A stretch of DNA of 62,874 nucleotides, the filler included, from Atractiella rhizophila (taxonomy: Eukaryota), in assembly GCA_021432655.1 (NCBI GenBank). It is 17 parts of 17 records of this genome, joined end to end, with 100 filler letters (N's around TTAATTAATTAA, not from the genome) between each part and the next. Parts side by side here need not be neighbours in the genome. Positions count along the whole stretch, not along the records: positions 37,412 to 41,001 come from MU272524.1; positions 41,102 to 44,680 come from MU272525.1; positions 44,781 to 48,343 come from MU272526.1; positions 48,444 to 51,993 come from MU272527.1; 13 more parts are not named here. The stretch is one strand, 5' to 3'. Positions 37,466 to 49,323 of the stretch are shown piece by piece (position 1 is the stretch's first letter; each line of letters opens with the position of its first letter). The position numbers and the translations under genes are program-made. Below the pieces are notes generated by a model. It had not been told where the DNA came from, did not search any database, and worked only from the letters and a program-made list of their open reading frames with translations.

Positions 37466-39271
37466 ATGTTCAAGAAATTCGTGCCCAAGGAAGACATCGC
37501 CTCTTCGACCAGCATCAAGTCTTCAGTTCAGCGCGGCATCCGTACCAAACTGCTCGAACAGATGCCACTCCTCGCCGCGCAAGTCAAGAGAGATGAAGCC
37601 GCAGAGGGTGGCGCAGAGGCTGAGGCGGAGGGCGGAGAGACACTGTTGGAGAGGATTTGGGGGAAGAAGGAGGGGATTACACTCGTCAAATGGTGAGTGA
37701 GCTTGCCGTGTTTGTTCTCTTCGAGAGGTGGAAAGATGGGGAGGATGTCAGGTTTCAGTAAGAGCATCTGCATACGAGCGAAAACTCTTTCTGCTTTAAA
37801 TGGAAGTTTAAAATGCTTGCCCTACAAGGCTCCACAAGCATACTTTCTTACTTTCTTTAGATTTATAACGCTAGCCCCTCCATCCATGCGATAGGCCAAT
37901 GGTATCTTGGTCTCCTAGAGTGGACATTCCCTTTCGTATACTCTTTCGACGCTTGGACGGGAATAATCCAATTCAGGCCTGGAGGATGTCTCTGTTGCTG
38001 TATTATATTTTGTCATTGTGTCCTGCGGTTAACACCCTGAAGCCAGAGGAAAACACCGTACAAACGACTGGAATCGCAATACCTCGTCGTTTGCGTGATG
38101 AGATCGCGTGATACTGTGCTACCCTCTTGCTTTTACTCTTACCTATTTGTTTTCATTTAAGACTGTATTACCAGTGCTGGATGCATTCGATCGGATCAAA
38201 TTGAGAAGAATATAATGGCAAGGATAAGCGAGCTAAACTACTCGCTTGCGTGCCCTTCCTTCTGGACGCTTCTTCTTCTCTTCGCTTCTGACCAGCATAT
38301 CAACCAAAATTTCAAAGGATGAGTCGATGTGTTTTGACACCTATTCGCAACACCTTGTCGACCGGATCTGTTATCTTTGAACACCGAAATGCATTTCCCA
38401 ACTCAACTAATCGACTGGTTACATGTTCAACTTTGTGTTTCTCTTACGTGTTATTGTGTCGGCGGATAATTTCGTTGATGACCATTAAGGTTCAAGGTTT
38501 CATCGAAATGAAGCTTCTGGGCTTGATTTTGGCTCACTGCTCTCTTACAACAGTCATATTCGTTTGCGACTGTACTTGCTCAGTTGAGGGGGCCGAAAGC
38601 TCTATCCATGATAGAGCTTTGGCATTTCAGACAGGAACACATGGAAGGAGAGCTGAGTACACATTCACACGTTCTAATAGAAAAATATGCCTGACGAATG
38701 CTGATATTCGCCATCCAGTCGCGAACATGTTTCCATCCTAGTACTAAACGGGGAGCCTCTCTTCTTCCAACACTTCGACGGACCGTACTACCCAACGCTC
38801 CGTTTACTCCACAAATGTAAATCTGCACATGCCTCGACTGGCTACTCCATTTAACTCTGGTGAACGCTTAGATCCCGATCTCCTGCCTAAAGTCCAAGTC
38901 GACACAGGCGCCATCAAATTCGTACTTTCTGGCGCAAACATCATGTGGTCCGTACCAGACTTCTTCGCCTCTTCAGGTCGCCACTAAGAAGTGGCGCAAT
39001 AGTCCTGGCCTCTTGACACCAACAGCAAAACTCCCGGATGCACCTGGAGTACCTCAAGACACACCTGTAGCAGTAATGGCGTACGGTCCGTACCTACTTT
39101 CGTCTCTTCCTTTCGCCTCCCGCTCAGAGGGAAGGCATAGGCAAACAACACGCATGCGCGATTGGGAAAACGCTAATGAGTACTGAAGGAATGAAAGAGT
39201 CACGGAAAGGCGTCGGAGTTGAGAATCTCAGTTGGGTAGGAGATGATTTATGGATGGTCAATAAGCTGTAG
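37466..39271 (+). CDS. TMA20: Translation machinery-associated protein 20 / MCT-1 (PUA domain)
   Basis: [20 protein letters not shown], intron 37693-38718, [58 protein letters not shown] and [16 protein letters not shown]. Confidence 0.95.
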
Positions 39272-39806
39272 TCGTGGGAAAAGAAGTAAACTCGAGCAAA
39301 ATGTAAAAAATAGACTGTTGTATTCCTTCGTTCAGCGCTGAGGACTGCATCACTTGTCAGTGATAAATAAGAGTATTCATTCCAACGGGATCTATTGTAA
39401 ACGACACGAAACAAACGACGAGAATTCCCAGGGCATGCACCTTCCAGATGCGCCAAAAGAAATCTGAGAACATCAAGGTAGGAACAATATGACCTTTCAA
39501 ACATTTCAAACATTGATTCAGGGAACAAACGCACCCGACAAAGGAAGAATGCGGCATGCAAACAAGGCAAGTTAACAATCACGAACGTGAACACAGGGAA
39601 ATTGAAATTGAATGTGCTGAAACGGGCTGAAAAGTTGATTTGTAACCGGGGCAGACTAATAATGCATGTGCCATCAAAGCAATAGGGAACAAACGGAAAT
39701 GAACGTATCGTGGCATCTCCTCCAGAGGAAGAGAGCAATGAAGCTGGAGAGCATGGTAAAAAAAAAAGTCGTGCATCGTGAGGAAGTTGATTTTCGCTTC
39801 CGTTCC

Positions 39807-41001
39807 TTAAGCTTGAACTGAGAGGGAAGCATTGCCAGTGGGCTCTCCCATGGTTTCCTCTTGTCCCTGTGCCTCGGAGTCAACCATGCAGATTGCTCCC
39901 CTCCTCTTCCCCCATTGCTTCGAGTAACTCTTCGGCAACCACTTAGGTTTCCTAGGTCCAAATCCATCCTCCATAGTAGGCGAAGCGACTCTCGGAGTCG
40001 CGCTGGAGGAAGACGCCTGGGATGCAAAGCTCGAGCTTCTGCTGCCTATGTCTCCGGGCATGGAACGTCTGTTTTCGAACCTGAAAGGTAAGTCGACGGT
40101 GAAGATCTTCCCTTCGGCCAAGTCGTTGTAGCTGAGTGTAGGAGATTGAGCCCGTGAGATAGAGATGTCGGATTCTGCAAGATCTTCTTCGGAGAGGCAG
40201 AAGGAGGACATAGAAGTGGTAGAGCATCTCGAGCTGGACGAAATCGGGGTATTAGGACGCGTCGGAGGTATATATTGATATTCAAGGGGACGAGCTGCAG
40301 GAGGGGGGATTGATGTCGATTGTGTGGATAGAGGCAGTGGTCCATTCCCAAATTCTGCCAGGGATGGACGACGGTCAAAAGATGGAGGAGGGATGGGATC
40401 AACTAACCGCCATCAAATAGGTCAATTCAGTAGAACAGACAATTAAGGAAACCAAAGAAGACGCACTAGATTCGTTCCAGTGATTCCTCATCAAATCACG
40501 TGTAATGTCGTTTGTATATCCATCATCATATCCTTCTCCAATTTCGTCTTCAAATTCATAATGGAATGCTGCATAGGAGGAAGCGCCGGCAGAAGTGCTG
40601 ACGGTATTGAATTGGTTTCCCAGGAAGAAACAGATTGGCTGTCGACTGTTCATGTCCACAATATGTAACCAAATCCAAATTATTGTTGCTAGAACTTGGT
40701 AGAACTGGGCGTTGGACGTTTGTTTGGAGCAGCGTCTTCCGCTTTCGTCGAATTTCGAAGGCCCAAGGCTTTATATCTGCTCGCCGTTTGAGACGCGTGA
40801 GAATGACAGCAAGAACAAAGGACCATTGTAACCTGCGCCCAGTGGCTGCGATCATAACGGAAAGAATGCTTCTCTCCAAGGCCCATGCTTTCAAAAGGAC
40901 CTCACTTCTACTTCCAGACATCAATCGCAGCTAAAGAAAAGAAAAACAAAGGAAGGTTAAACAACTTGGTGGCTCCATAAACCTTGAGAACAAAGGGACC
41001 T
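39807..41001 (-). CDS. Hypothetical multi-exon protein, 5'-truncated
   Basis: Consecutive minus-strand coding-like blocks (40556-40924, 40399-40659, 39807-40211) with splice-like junctions; convergent with TMA20. Confidence 0.5.
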
Positions 41002-42161
41002 NNNNNNNNNNNNNNNNNNNNNNNNNNNNNNNNNNNNNNNNNNNNTTAATTAATTAANNNNNNNNNNNNNNNNNNNNNNNNNNNNNNNNNNNNNNNNNNN
41101 NAGACGACGAAGTTGTTCATCCGCCAACAAGAGATTTGCAGCCAGCTCGTCCACTATTGAAGGTCAGTATGATAATATTCCTAGTATCAGTACGTATGCT
41201 CATTATTTTCCCCTATTTGCTCACTGTTCTCTTTTTCTCCATCACATTACTCTTCCTCCTCTTTCTCCCCTACTTCCTCATCCTCTTCATCTTTCTCCTG
41301 CTCATTCTCACTTAAATCATCTAGGGGTTCCTCTTCTCCCGGTTCTCCGACTATTGGACGTGCCAATCGGTCTCGCACAAGTCGACGATGTTCAACCCGC
41401 TCAAGCTCGTTCAGAATGGTTTGGATCGGGTCATCCCCAGGCATAGAACTGCCGTCGCGGCCGGAAGGAGGTTGCGAAGGAATATGGTGTGAGAGGTTGA
41501 TGTTATGTTCGTTGTTGTTGCTCTAAAGCTCTCTTAGGCTCTTAGGACAATTAATCTGAAATAACGACATACCAGCGGCCCAACCTCAGATCCATCCAAG
41601 AAATCATCCTCCATTTCTCCCTGTTCCTCCATATCTCTAGCAGAGACACGCTACCCTACCCCAACACCGAGTAGTCGGGTTAAATCACAATCTCACCATT
41701 CTTCTGCCATTGCCTCTCGAGAAAAAATAACAGAAAAAATGGTCCCGCCTCGTCGTGTGTTTGTGCTTTATTTCTACGTCTTCCGTTGTTTGCATTATTA
41801 GTTAAATTGTCTTCTTCATCATTTTTATCTCTTCAGAGTTTTGCTTCTCCACCTTTTCATTTCTGCTTCCCGGAATTAAATTTCAGTGATTGTTTGTGAC
41901 AAATATGCGTTCAGACTATATTTCCCTTTCAAATAACTTCATGGGCCCTTTATAATCATTTCCACGATGAACGCCGATTAGAGGCCCTAATGAGGCAGCG
42001 CCGTACAAGGAAGCAACCCAGCCATTCACATAATCCCTCCAGATCCAAAAGCATCACGCTTTAAGGCTCTTCCACTTCTTCCGAAACAGGCTTCTGAGGC
42101 TCAAAAGCGACAAAAGATTCCTGTTTACATTTTTGCACCAGACTTTTTTAACCGTCTGCCG

Positions 42162-42653
42162 ATGTCTTTGCGAATCCGTTTAAACGTCTGCTACGATCAG
42201 GACTTCACTTTTATCCCCCGAAAATTCTTCACCGCTGAACAAGAAGCTGAGCTCGCACCTTACGAGGAACAACTCCGTTCTGGCGCCATGGATACATCAT
42301 ACGACATGCCCGATAGCGATGTGGGATCTGTGGATGTGGAGAATAGCAACGCGGAAGAAAGTGAGGAGAGTGAGATGGAAGGGATAGAAGAGGAAGAGAG
42401 TGAGGATGGAGATGAAGATGTAGATATGGAAGATATGAGTGGGGGGTCGGGAAGGGATCGCGGAGCTGGAGGGACATCGCCAGTGTCACGAGAACGGGCG
42501 AAACAACAGGACGATGCAAGACGAAACAGGTTCCAACGTGAATTAACGGTGCTAGTGTCCGGAAGGACGGTTGTTGGAAATGATTCCGATGTGCAGGGAC
42601 CAAGGGACTCGGAGTACTTAGGAAGTGTAATCTCGTCTGAGGATGAGTTGTGA
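42162..42653 (+). CDS. Acidic low-complexity ORF of unknown function
   Basis: 163-aa E/D/S-rich ORF; upstream frame has stops. Confidence 0.35.
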   Translation: MSLRIRLNVCYDQDFTFIPRKFFTAEQEAELAPYEEQLRSGAMDTSYDMPDSDVGSVDVENSNAEESEESEMEGIEEEESEDGDEDVDMEDMSGGSGRDRGAGGTSPVSRERAKQQDDARRNRFQRELTVLVSGRTVVGNDSDVQGPRDSEYLGSVISSEDEL

Positions 42654-43493
42654 GCACGAGAGAGAGATGACATCAAGATGTAGTCAGTATTGGACTTGAA
42701 TGTTTCTCTTCAGTTTGATTACATGCAGTTGAGAAACAGCTGCGTAAGTGGCCGTCTAGTGAATTGTGCTCCAGTGGTTAATTTCTTATCATGTTTGAGA
42801 TTCCAGGGTTGATTGTGTAAAGTTATCAAAGCAATGCACAAGTTGAAAGTTGAACTTTATCGAACACAGCTCACAAAGACAGGGTTCCTCCATTACACAA
42901 AGTTCAACTTTCTTCCTCTGATTAGTCCACATTATTTAACATCAATGGTCATGTCAACTTTGAGGCCATCTGAGTTTAAACTGAAGCCTGATAAAGGTTT
43001 TGCTCTATGTCCTTGCGACCTCTGTCAAGATCCAAATCACAAGAACCGTCACCTGCAGTGGAGATTCAAGTACTGTTGCTTTGCATTTGAAACAACAGCG
43101 GGAGAGAGAGAGAGTACAACTTCAACAAAGAAGTCTAGATCCTTCTCAGGCTGATCCCGCTATTTCTGGAACGGGACATACAACTTCACTTCAATCCTCA
43201 AGCCGAACAACTCGTCAAACCGAACAACTCGTCCAAGAAAGGAGAAGCAGCTAGTCCAGGAGGCGATATGTGCTGAAGCAAATGCCAACACAGCCAAGTA
43301 TAATAGTGGTAAGTTTTTCAATTATCTAAGCTGTAAAATGGTACAAATGGAGGGAAGCATTTCGTCGACATTTACAAGTAGAAGAGAAGACAACATTTAC
43401 GTTGCTTTATTTCACGTTGATCGGATTTCTCAGTTTTTACTGTGGATTAAGTCGTGCTCGAATTGCTACTGCAAAACTTCTGCACTTCATGTT

Positions 43494-44120
43494 TCACCTT
43501 GCGATCTTTCTGGGGATATCAGTTGCGGCATCAGTATTTTGGTCATCTGCTACCTCTGACACTATACGACCCCCACTGATCGATTTCACATTATTGCGAA
43601 GTGCCATTGCCGATTTCTTATCTGGTCTTCCGATTGACTTGTGAACAATCTCCGGGCATTTAGACATTGAACCATAACCAGTTGGCACTAGCCCCTGCTT
43701 TTCAACTTTCGCCATGCAGCCTGTGACCGGACATTTCTCCATATTATAGCCAGGAAAGTATTCGGGAGTTAGGATAAGGGGAGGTTCAACGAGAAATTTT
43801 TCCGGACAGTCAGAAACACTTCTTTGCCGTAAATGGTCATAATCGGCAGTGGGAGGAATGAAAAGAGGTCCATAGAGAGGAAAGCCAGTGGGAGCGGCTC
43901 GTTGGTCAATCGACATTTCGCTTGTAACCCAGAGATTTAAAATAAGTACAGAATAGCATACCTCTCTGTCAAGGACTCGATTAACAATTTTCCTATATTC
44001 TAACACTTGGACAGCAAAGAATAGTTGCCCCTCTTTTCCCATAATAATTTTATTTTTCTTCCATTTCTCCACTGTATCATTGACTGATCGCCTTGTCCAC
44101 ATTGTTTTCCCAGTCCACAA
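43494..44120 (-). CDS. Hypothetical, possibly transposon-associated protein fragment with a CPxxxC motif
   Basis: CPEKFLVEPPLILTPEYFPGYNMEKCPVTGCMAKVEKQG; the ORF probably contains an intron. Confidence 0.3.
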   Translation of the reverse strand: MWTGKTMWTRRSVNDTVEKWKKNKIIMGKEGQLFFAVQVLEYRKIVNRVLDREVCYSVLILNLWVTSEMSIDQRAAPTGFPLYGPLFIPPTADYDHLRQRSVSDCPEKFLVEPPLILTPEYFPGYNMEKCPVTGCMAKVEKQGLVPTGYGSMSKCPEIVHKSIGRPDKKSAMALRNNVKSISGGRIVSEVADDQNTDAATDIPRKIAR

Positions 44121-44780
44121 GCCAGTTTCCCTTCTTATTCCCAGCCTTCTGTCGAGTGTGGGTCTCTAGCACCTGTTTGCACAGTGCCTTCACACAGGGG
44201 GATCGAAGATGTTGGAGGAAAGTGCAGACATGACGATTGAATAAGGTCCAATGAGCTGGTACTCTGCTGTAGGAAGGCGTGAAGGGTGGGACAGAGTGGA
44301 TGCGATGAGGAGGGGCGGGGCACAAGAGAGCAGTGGCCGTGGAAGTTGGTGGACGGAAGGTGAGAAGCAAGTGGAAACAGAAAATACTGGAAGATAAATA
44401 TTAGTACGACATTCAACAAGAGAGGCGCACCTTTTTGCCGTGCTGTAGAAGCATACTCACAGATCAGAGAATAGAGGATGTCGGAGGAAGCTAGGTGGAT
44501 GAGAAGATGGGGAAGGAAAGGGTGGCGGATGGGTAGATGGAAGAAGAAGGAAAGGACTTGTACAACTACACCAGTCCTTTCCTCTGCCTTTGCTTAGGGT
44601 TTGTGGGTCCATCCTTCTTCCTTCTTTTCCTCATTCCATTCATGCTTTCTTCTGAGAACTCTTCTCTTCTTTCGAAGGAANNNNNNNNNNNNNNNNNNNN
44701 NNNNNNNNNNNNNNNNNNNNNNNNTTAATTAATTAANNNNNNNNNNNNNNNNNNNNNNNNNNNNNNNNNNNNNNNNNNNN

Positions 44781-45903
44781 GTTTCTGGGAACCAATGCCC
44801 ATCTGTGCTCCACATCAACTTTCCCTCCGCCCAGCTCGCAAGCTCCAGGACTTCCTTCAGAACCGCTTTCTGTCCACCTTTACTAAGAAAGGGAAAAATT
44901 TCTCCCACATCCAACGCAACGTTCTTGTACATTGTCAAATACGCCGCTTCTCTGTGAAATGGCCATCCTGAATGGAGAAGCACGAAATTGACGCTAGGAT
45001 AGTTACGAATGAGGGGCTGCAGATGGGCGGGAGAGGCGAGTGTAAGTGTGAGATCTGTATCCCCGAGACCCGTGTGGAATTGAATGGGTTTGGAGGATTT
45101 TTCGACAGTGAGGAGCTGGCAGAGGAAGTTGAGTAGGGCATCAATCAGTGGCTTGTTTTGCTCGCCATCGAGACGAAGGACGCCCGTGGATTTGTAGGAC
45201 GCTTGAAGGCTAGAGACAACATTCTGCAGCGTGGAAATACGAGTGGCCCTGTCCTGAGGTTCCATAGGTGTGACGTTCAAACCTGTTCTGTCCAACACAG
45301 TGAGCACAAATAGAGTATACCAGAGTGGAGATGTTACCGATAACAGGCAATGCTTTTGAATCCCATCACCTCTTCATCTGCGATATATCTCCTCATCTCT
45401 TCGCGAAACTCATCCACAAAATGACTTGCTCCCATCCCATTCTTCAAGAGAGTCTCAGCCACAATCTCCACCCTCACGATTCGCTTGCATGACCTTTTAA
45501 CGTAACGATCGTGCGACGAGTACGATAATATTTTCTGCTCTTCTTGAGCGTCACCGACACCAAGTCCATCGTCTAAAAGTAGCGTCTCGATGCCTTCAAA
45601 ACACCTCGCATTCCAGGCCTGCCACACTTTCTCGTCACCTCTCTTCTTCACCAACTCCGCTGAGACTGCTTCCCAGCTATGTTCACATCCCAAAATGGAC
45701 GATAAGATGGCGACAGAACGGTGATGCGCCAAGGTATGTTTGGAATCGAGCAAGGACGAGGCAGATGCTTCAGACGTGATCTTCAGGAGTTCTGTACGGA
45801 GCTCTTCTCCAAGTTGAGAGGTACGGGAAAGGAGAGGATGGCAGTGATGGTCGATTATGGGGCATGTTTGAATCAGCTGATGGAGGTCTTTGACAGACAC
45901 CAT
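44781..45903 (-). CDS. fluG: FluG-like protein, N-terminal amidohydrolase domain (truncated by the contig end)
   Basis: PIIDHHCHPLL, LLLDDGL, GFKSIACYR, (intron) TGL, PIQFHTGLGDTDL, PAHLQPLI, FVLLHSGWPFHREA, LDVGEIFP and KLMWSTDGHWFPE. Confidence 0.85.
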
Positions 45904-46384
45904 GGTATCGAATCGAAATCGATTGATTCCCTGGTATCGAATGGATCGTTAAATTGATCAAGTTTCAGTCCCTTTTATATCCCTTCACCCTCACATTGGC
46001 TGGATGAGTTCCTCACTACCTTTTTATTTATGATCAGTCCGATGCACTCGCACTTCCGCTTCCGATATAACGCAGCCCTAGGGTGCCCGTCGACGGGGTA
46101 CGTCCCTTCAACTCCGTGGTCAAAGTGAAAACGCGGGGGGACCGAGTGTAGCAACTTTTCCACGACCCGGCGAATTGCACCAATTCGCCATTATTGCTAC
46201 TGTAACAGAACGACTCGGGAAGGTTACACACTGTTCAAATGGCAGTAAGGACAAGCTAAGAGAGCTGTCTCGGCTGTTGTATGAGAGTACAATGAAATAT
46301 TCAGCCTTTTTCGTCTACTTGGCTTTCATCGAGTCCGAGAAAGTTCCTTCTACTCTCATTACGAAGCTTCAGCAATGTTCGGTG

Positions 46385-47237
46385 TTACTTAAAGAGATCA
46401 GGGGCCTTCATGACGACACTGAATCCTGTGGAAGAACATCAGTTCAGCAGGAACGTTGGATGCGTAACCGACCATCCCAACCCCTCCCCAGCGTCTGGCA
46501 AGCCATTCCGCTCAGTTTTCCCTCCCTCATATATTTTGCCAACTTCTCGTTCATTTGTACCACTCCTAGAGTCGGTCCAGAATCTGGTGAAGTGACCACC
46601 TTTCCGTGTCTCACAACATTGTCCACGACGATCAATCCGCCATCTCGTAGGAGATCGTAAGCAAGGTCAAGGTACACGGGGTACCCTTCCTTGTCTGCGT
46701 CGAGGAAAACGAAATCCGTCTTCCCCTTGAAGGATGGGTCGGATAAAAGTTCCTTCATAACGTCCTCACCAGCGCCATGTCGAACTTCGATGACGCTATC
46801 GAGACCTGGCTGCCGCAAAATATTGTCACGAGAGACTTTGGCATGCTTCTCTTCGTACTCGATAGCAACGAGCTTTCCTAATGGCTCATTAGAACCTGAA
46901 AGGAGCGCTCTGCCAAGCCAGATGGCTGAGTACTGATGCAGAAGTCAGTTAGAAGAGCGACATTGATCTGGGAAAGACGGACACCGGCTAAAACTCCAAC
47001 TTCAACTACACGGCACTGCTTGTTTGGGAGGTTCGGTGATCCAGCAATGTTCTGTCTGAGCAGGATTTGCATCAACTTGCCCTGTTGGGCGCCGACATTG
47101 ATGTTTGGGATATCTAGCTCGTTCTGGGATGCGAGAACAGCATCCAAGATCGAATCACTAGAGGGAAAGACGCTGTTGTAATACTTGTCGACCGATTGGT
47201 GCAGCGCGCGGAATTCTTCTGAATATGGCAACGACAT
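46385..47237 (-). CDS. SAM-dependent O-methyltransferase (Methyltransf_3, CCoAOMT/MdmC-like), three exons
   Basis: NVGAQQGK, VVEVGVLAG-YSAIWL, DFVFLDADK, GGLIVVDNVVRHG and QTLGRGWDGFSVVMKAPDLFK*. Confidence 0.92.
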
Positions 47238-47595
47238 TTTTGACGCAGTAAACTCCTCTTGATCTGATAACTCCCTCGTACCTATAACGCATCCTTATAT
47301 AGACAATCAGGCTCCCGTCTGAACCGCTTCATCTGAAAGACCACGCCGCGTCAACCGTCCGCAGTGGAGTGGAGGAGGGAGGCATGTGGGATCCCGCCGA
47401 CGAGGACTGGTCACCACCGCAATGAGTTGTGGAGTTGTCCAGCTAGCCTGAATGCGTGGTAAACAAAACAGTGAGACGGTTTGTTAATATCTAATTATGT
47501 AGGAATTCCAGCATAAGCTGCTAATACCGTTCCTGTTCCTCAGACATTGGCAGGCAAGGGCACAAAATCTCAGGGGAGCATTGGGGAGATCCAAA

Positions 47596-48343
47596 TGATA
47601 TCAGGTTGCTCTTCATCAAGTATTATAGATTGAGTAGGCTTACAAACAGTGAGAATTTGGCTAATCGAGGGAGCTAAATTCCCCAGCCACGTACAAAACG
47701 ATACGAGTAAGATAAACGGAAAGTGGTTTCATTACAATAGATATGCGTACCTAAATTCCCCAGCCACGTACAAAACGATACGAGTAAGATAAACGGAAAG
47801 TGGTGGGGGAAAAGGAAACGAATAAGAAAGGAAGAAAAGCTTTAATAGTGCTGCAGAGCGGAGGAGTGAAATGCAAAGATAAATCCGCAATAAACAAAAC
47901 ATGCATAAGTTAGTGTGGTGTGTTCCAGTCTGTCGTGTCCGCTTCCCGATTCACATTTCCATCTCCAACACTCCCCCTCACTCGAACGCTCTGTCAGCTT
48001 CCCAGTCCCATATCGTGGCAGAAAATTGTATGTCGTTTAGCGGCCAAACCCTTCGTGAGTACATCTGCCACCTGCAGATGAGTGGGAACCCATTCTAGTG
48101 CGACGGCTCCATCTTCGACTTTCTCCCTGGTAAAGTGATAGTGTACCTCAATGTGTTTCGTCCTCCCATGAGCCGCTGGATGAGAGGCAAGAGTGAGCGC
48201 GCCACGGTTATCCCCTCGTATTATGGTGGGTGAGGTGGGCGGGAATCCTAGGTCGGAGTATAGGCGACGTAACCAGACTGCCTCCCTCGTGGCGAGCGAT
48301 AATGCAACGTATTCAGCCTCCGTGGAGGAGATCGCGACAGCCA
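47596..48343 (-). mobile_element. Copia retrotransposon 3' end: RNase H, PPT and 3' LTR
   Basis: VAISSTEAEYVAL..IRGDNRGA..HGRTKHIEVHYHFTRE..QVADVLTKGL (stop at 47994). PPT GAGTGAGGGGGAG abuts TGTTGGAG at 47970. The LTR probably ends ..GATATCA at 47596. Confidence 0.92.
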
Positions 48344-48443
48344 NNNNNNNNNNNNNNNNNNNNNNNNNNNNNNNNNNNNNNNNNNNNTTAATTAATTAAN
48401 NNNNNNNNNNNNNNNNNNNNNNNNNNNNNNNNNNNNNNNNNNN

Positions 48444-48674
48444 ATCATCTGTTCTTATGAACAAATTGATTAATATCACCGACAATCACAACTCTTTAAG
48501 CATAAGGCAAATGCCGCCGTAATACGACGTATCCACTCAGCTATAACGGACGGAACGGCACTCTGAGTCGTCCCGTACCGTACCGTACCATTGAGCTCAC
48601 AGCAAGTCCTTATGGGTACGAGTACACGTATCGTACCGTACGTCCTGGCCGGTACGATACGACAGCCATCCCTA
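48444..48674. mobile_element. hAT-like element end with TIR
   Basis: CCGTAC-rich region ending GCCATCCCTA (reverse complement TAGGGATGGC, Ac-like TAGGGATG). Homologous to 7990-8200. Confidence 0.7.
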
Positions 48675-49323
48675 GCAGCCTGCTCTACTTGCTTGGCAAT
48701 CTTGCCGGATCCCCTTGAGGGCATACTGATTTCAAAAGTTCTGGGTTTGCCCTGCCTTCAGGCCTTGCTCCAGGCTCTGCTTAAGTGCCATTGTGAGTTG
48801 ACCCTGCTCAATCTTCCTCAGTTTCTCCGCAGTGATATTTTTCAGATCGGGACGATTGGGACAAGGTTATGGTTGGTTAGGTCCTCGAACCAAAGAGAGC
48901 AAGCACAAAAGAGACCGACGCCTCAAGGACGCCATCACAATTTCATCCCCTTTTCCCCGCTTCACGATGCCGAACAAAGTAGAGGTGAGCTTGGCCCCGA
49001 AAAAACGGCCCAAATTCAGGTGCCATTTCTCTCCTCTTCCGCATATTGATTGCAATGTTGATACCTGGTGACAGCTGTTTGGTTCGTGGAAGCGACGGGT
49101 ATGACTGTTACTGAATGGGGAAGTAGGAATGCTCACGAAGGAAGATGAAGTGTTTGAGGCCCGGAGGAACTACGTTACCGTGTACTTCCTGTGCAAAGTG
49201 GGTAGATCATTTCGATCGCATCTGTTTTGAGAAGGGTTGCAGGAAAGGTTTACAGGAGAGTTGCATCCGCGGTGAAGGAATTATCTACATGACCTATTCT
49301 GGTAATTCACAATCCACTCTGTA

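Noticed and set aside
46385..47237. Recent horizontal transfer of a bacterial-type O-methyltransferase
   Set aside because: It has two normal spliceosomal introns, and this family is widespread in fungi; no support without a phylogeny.
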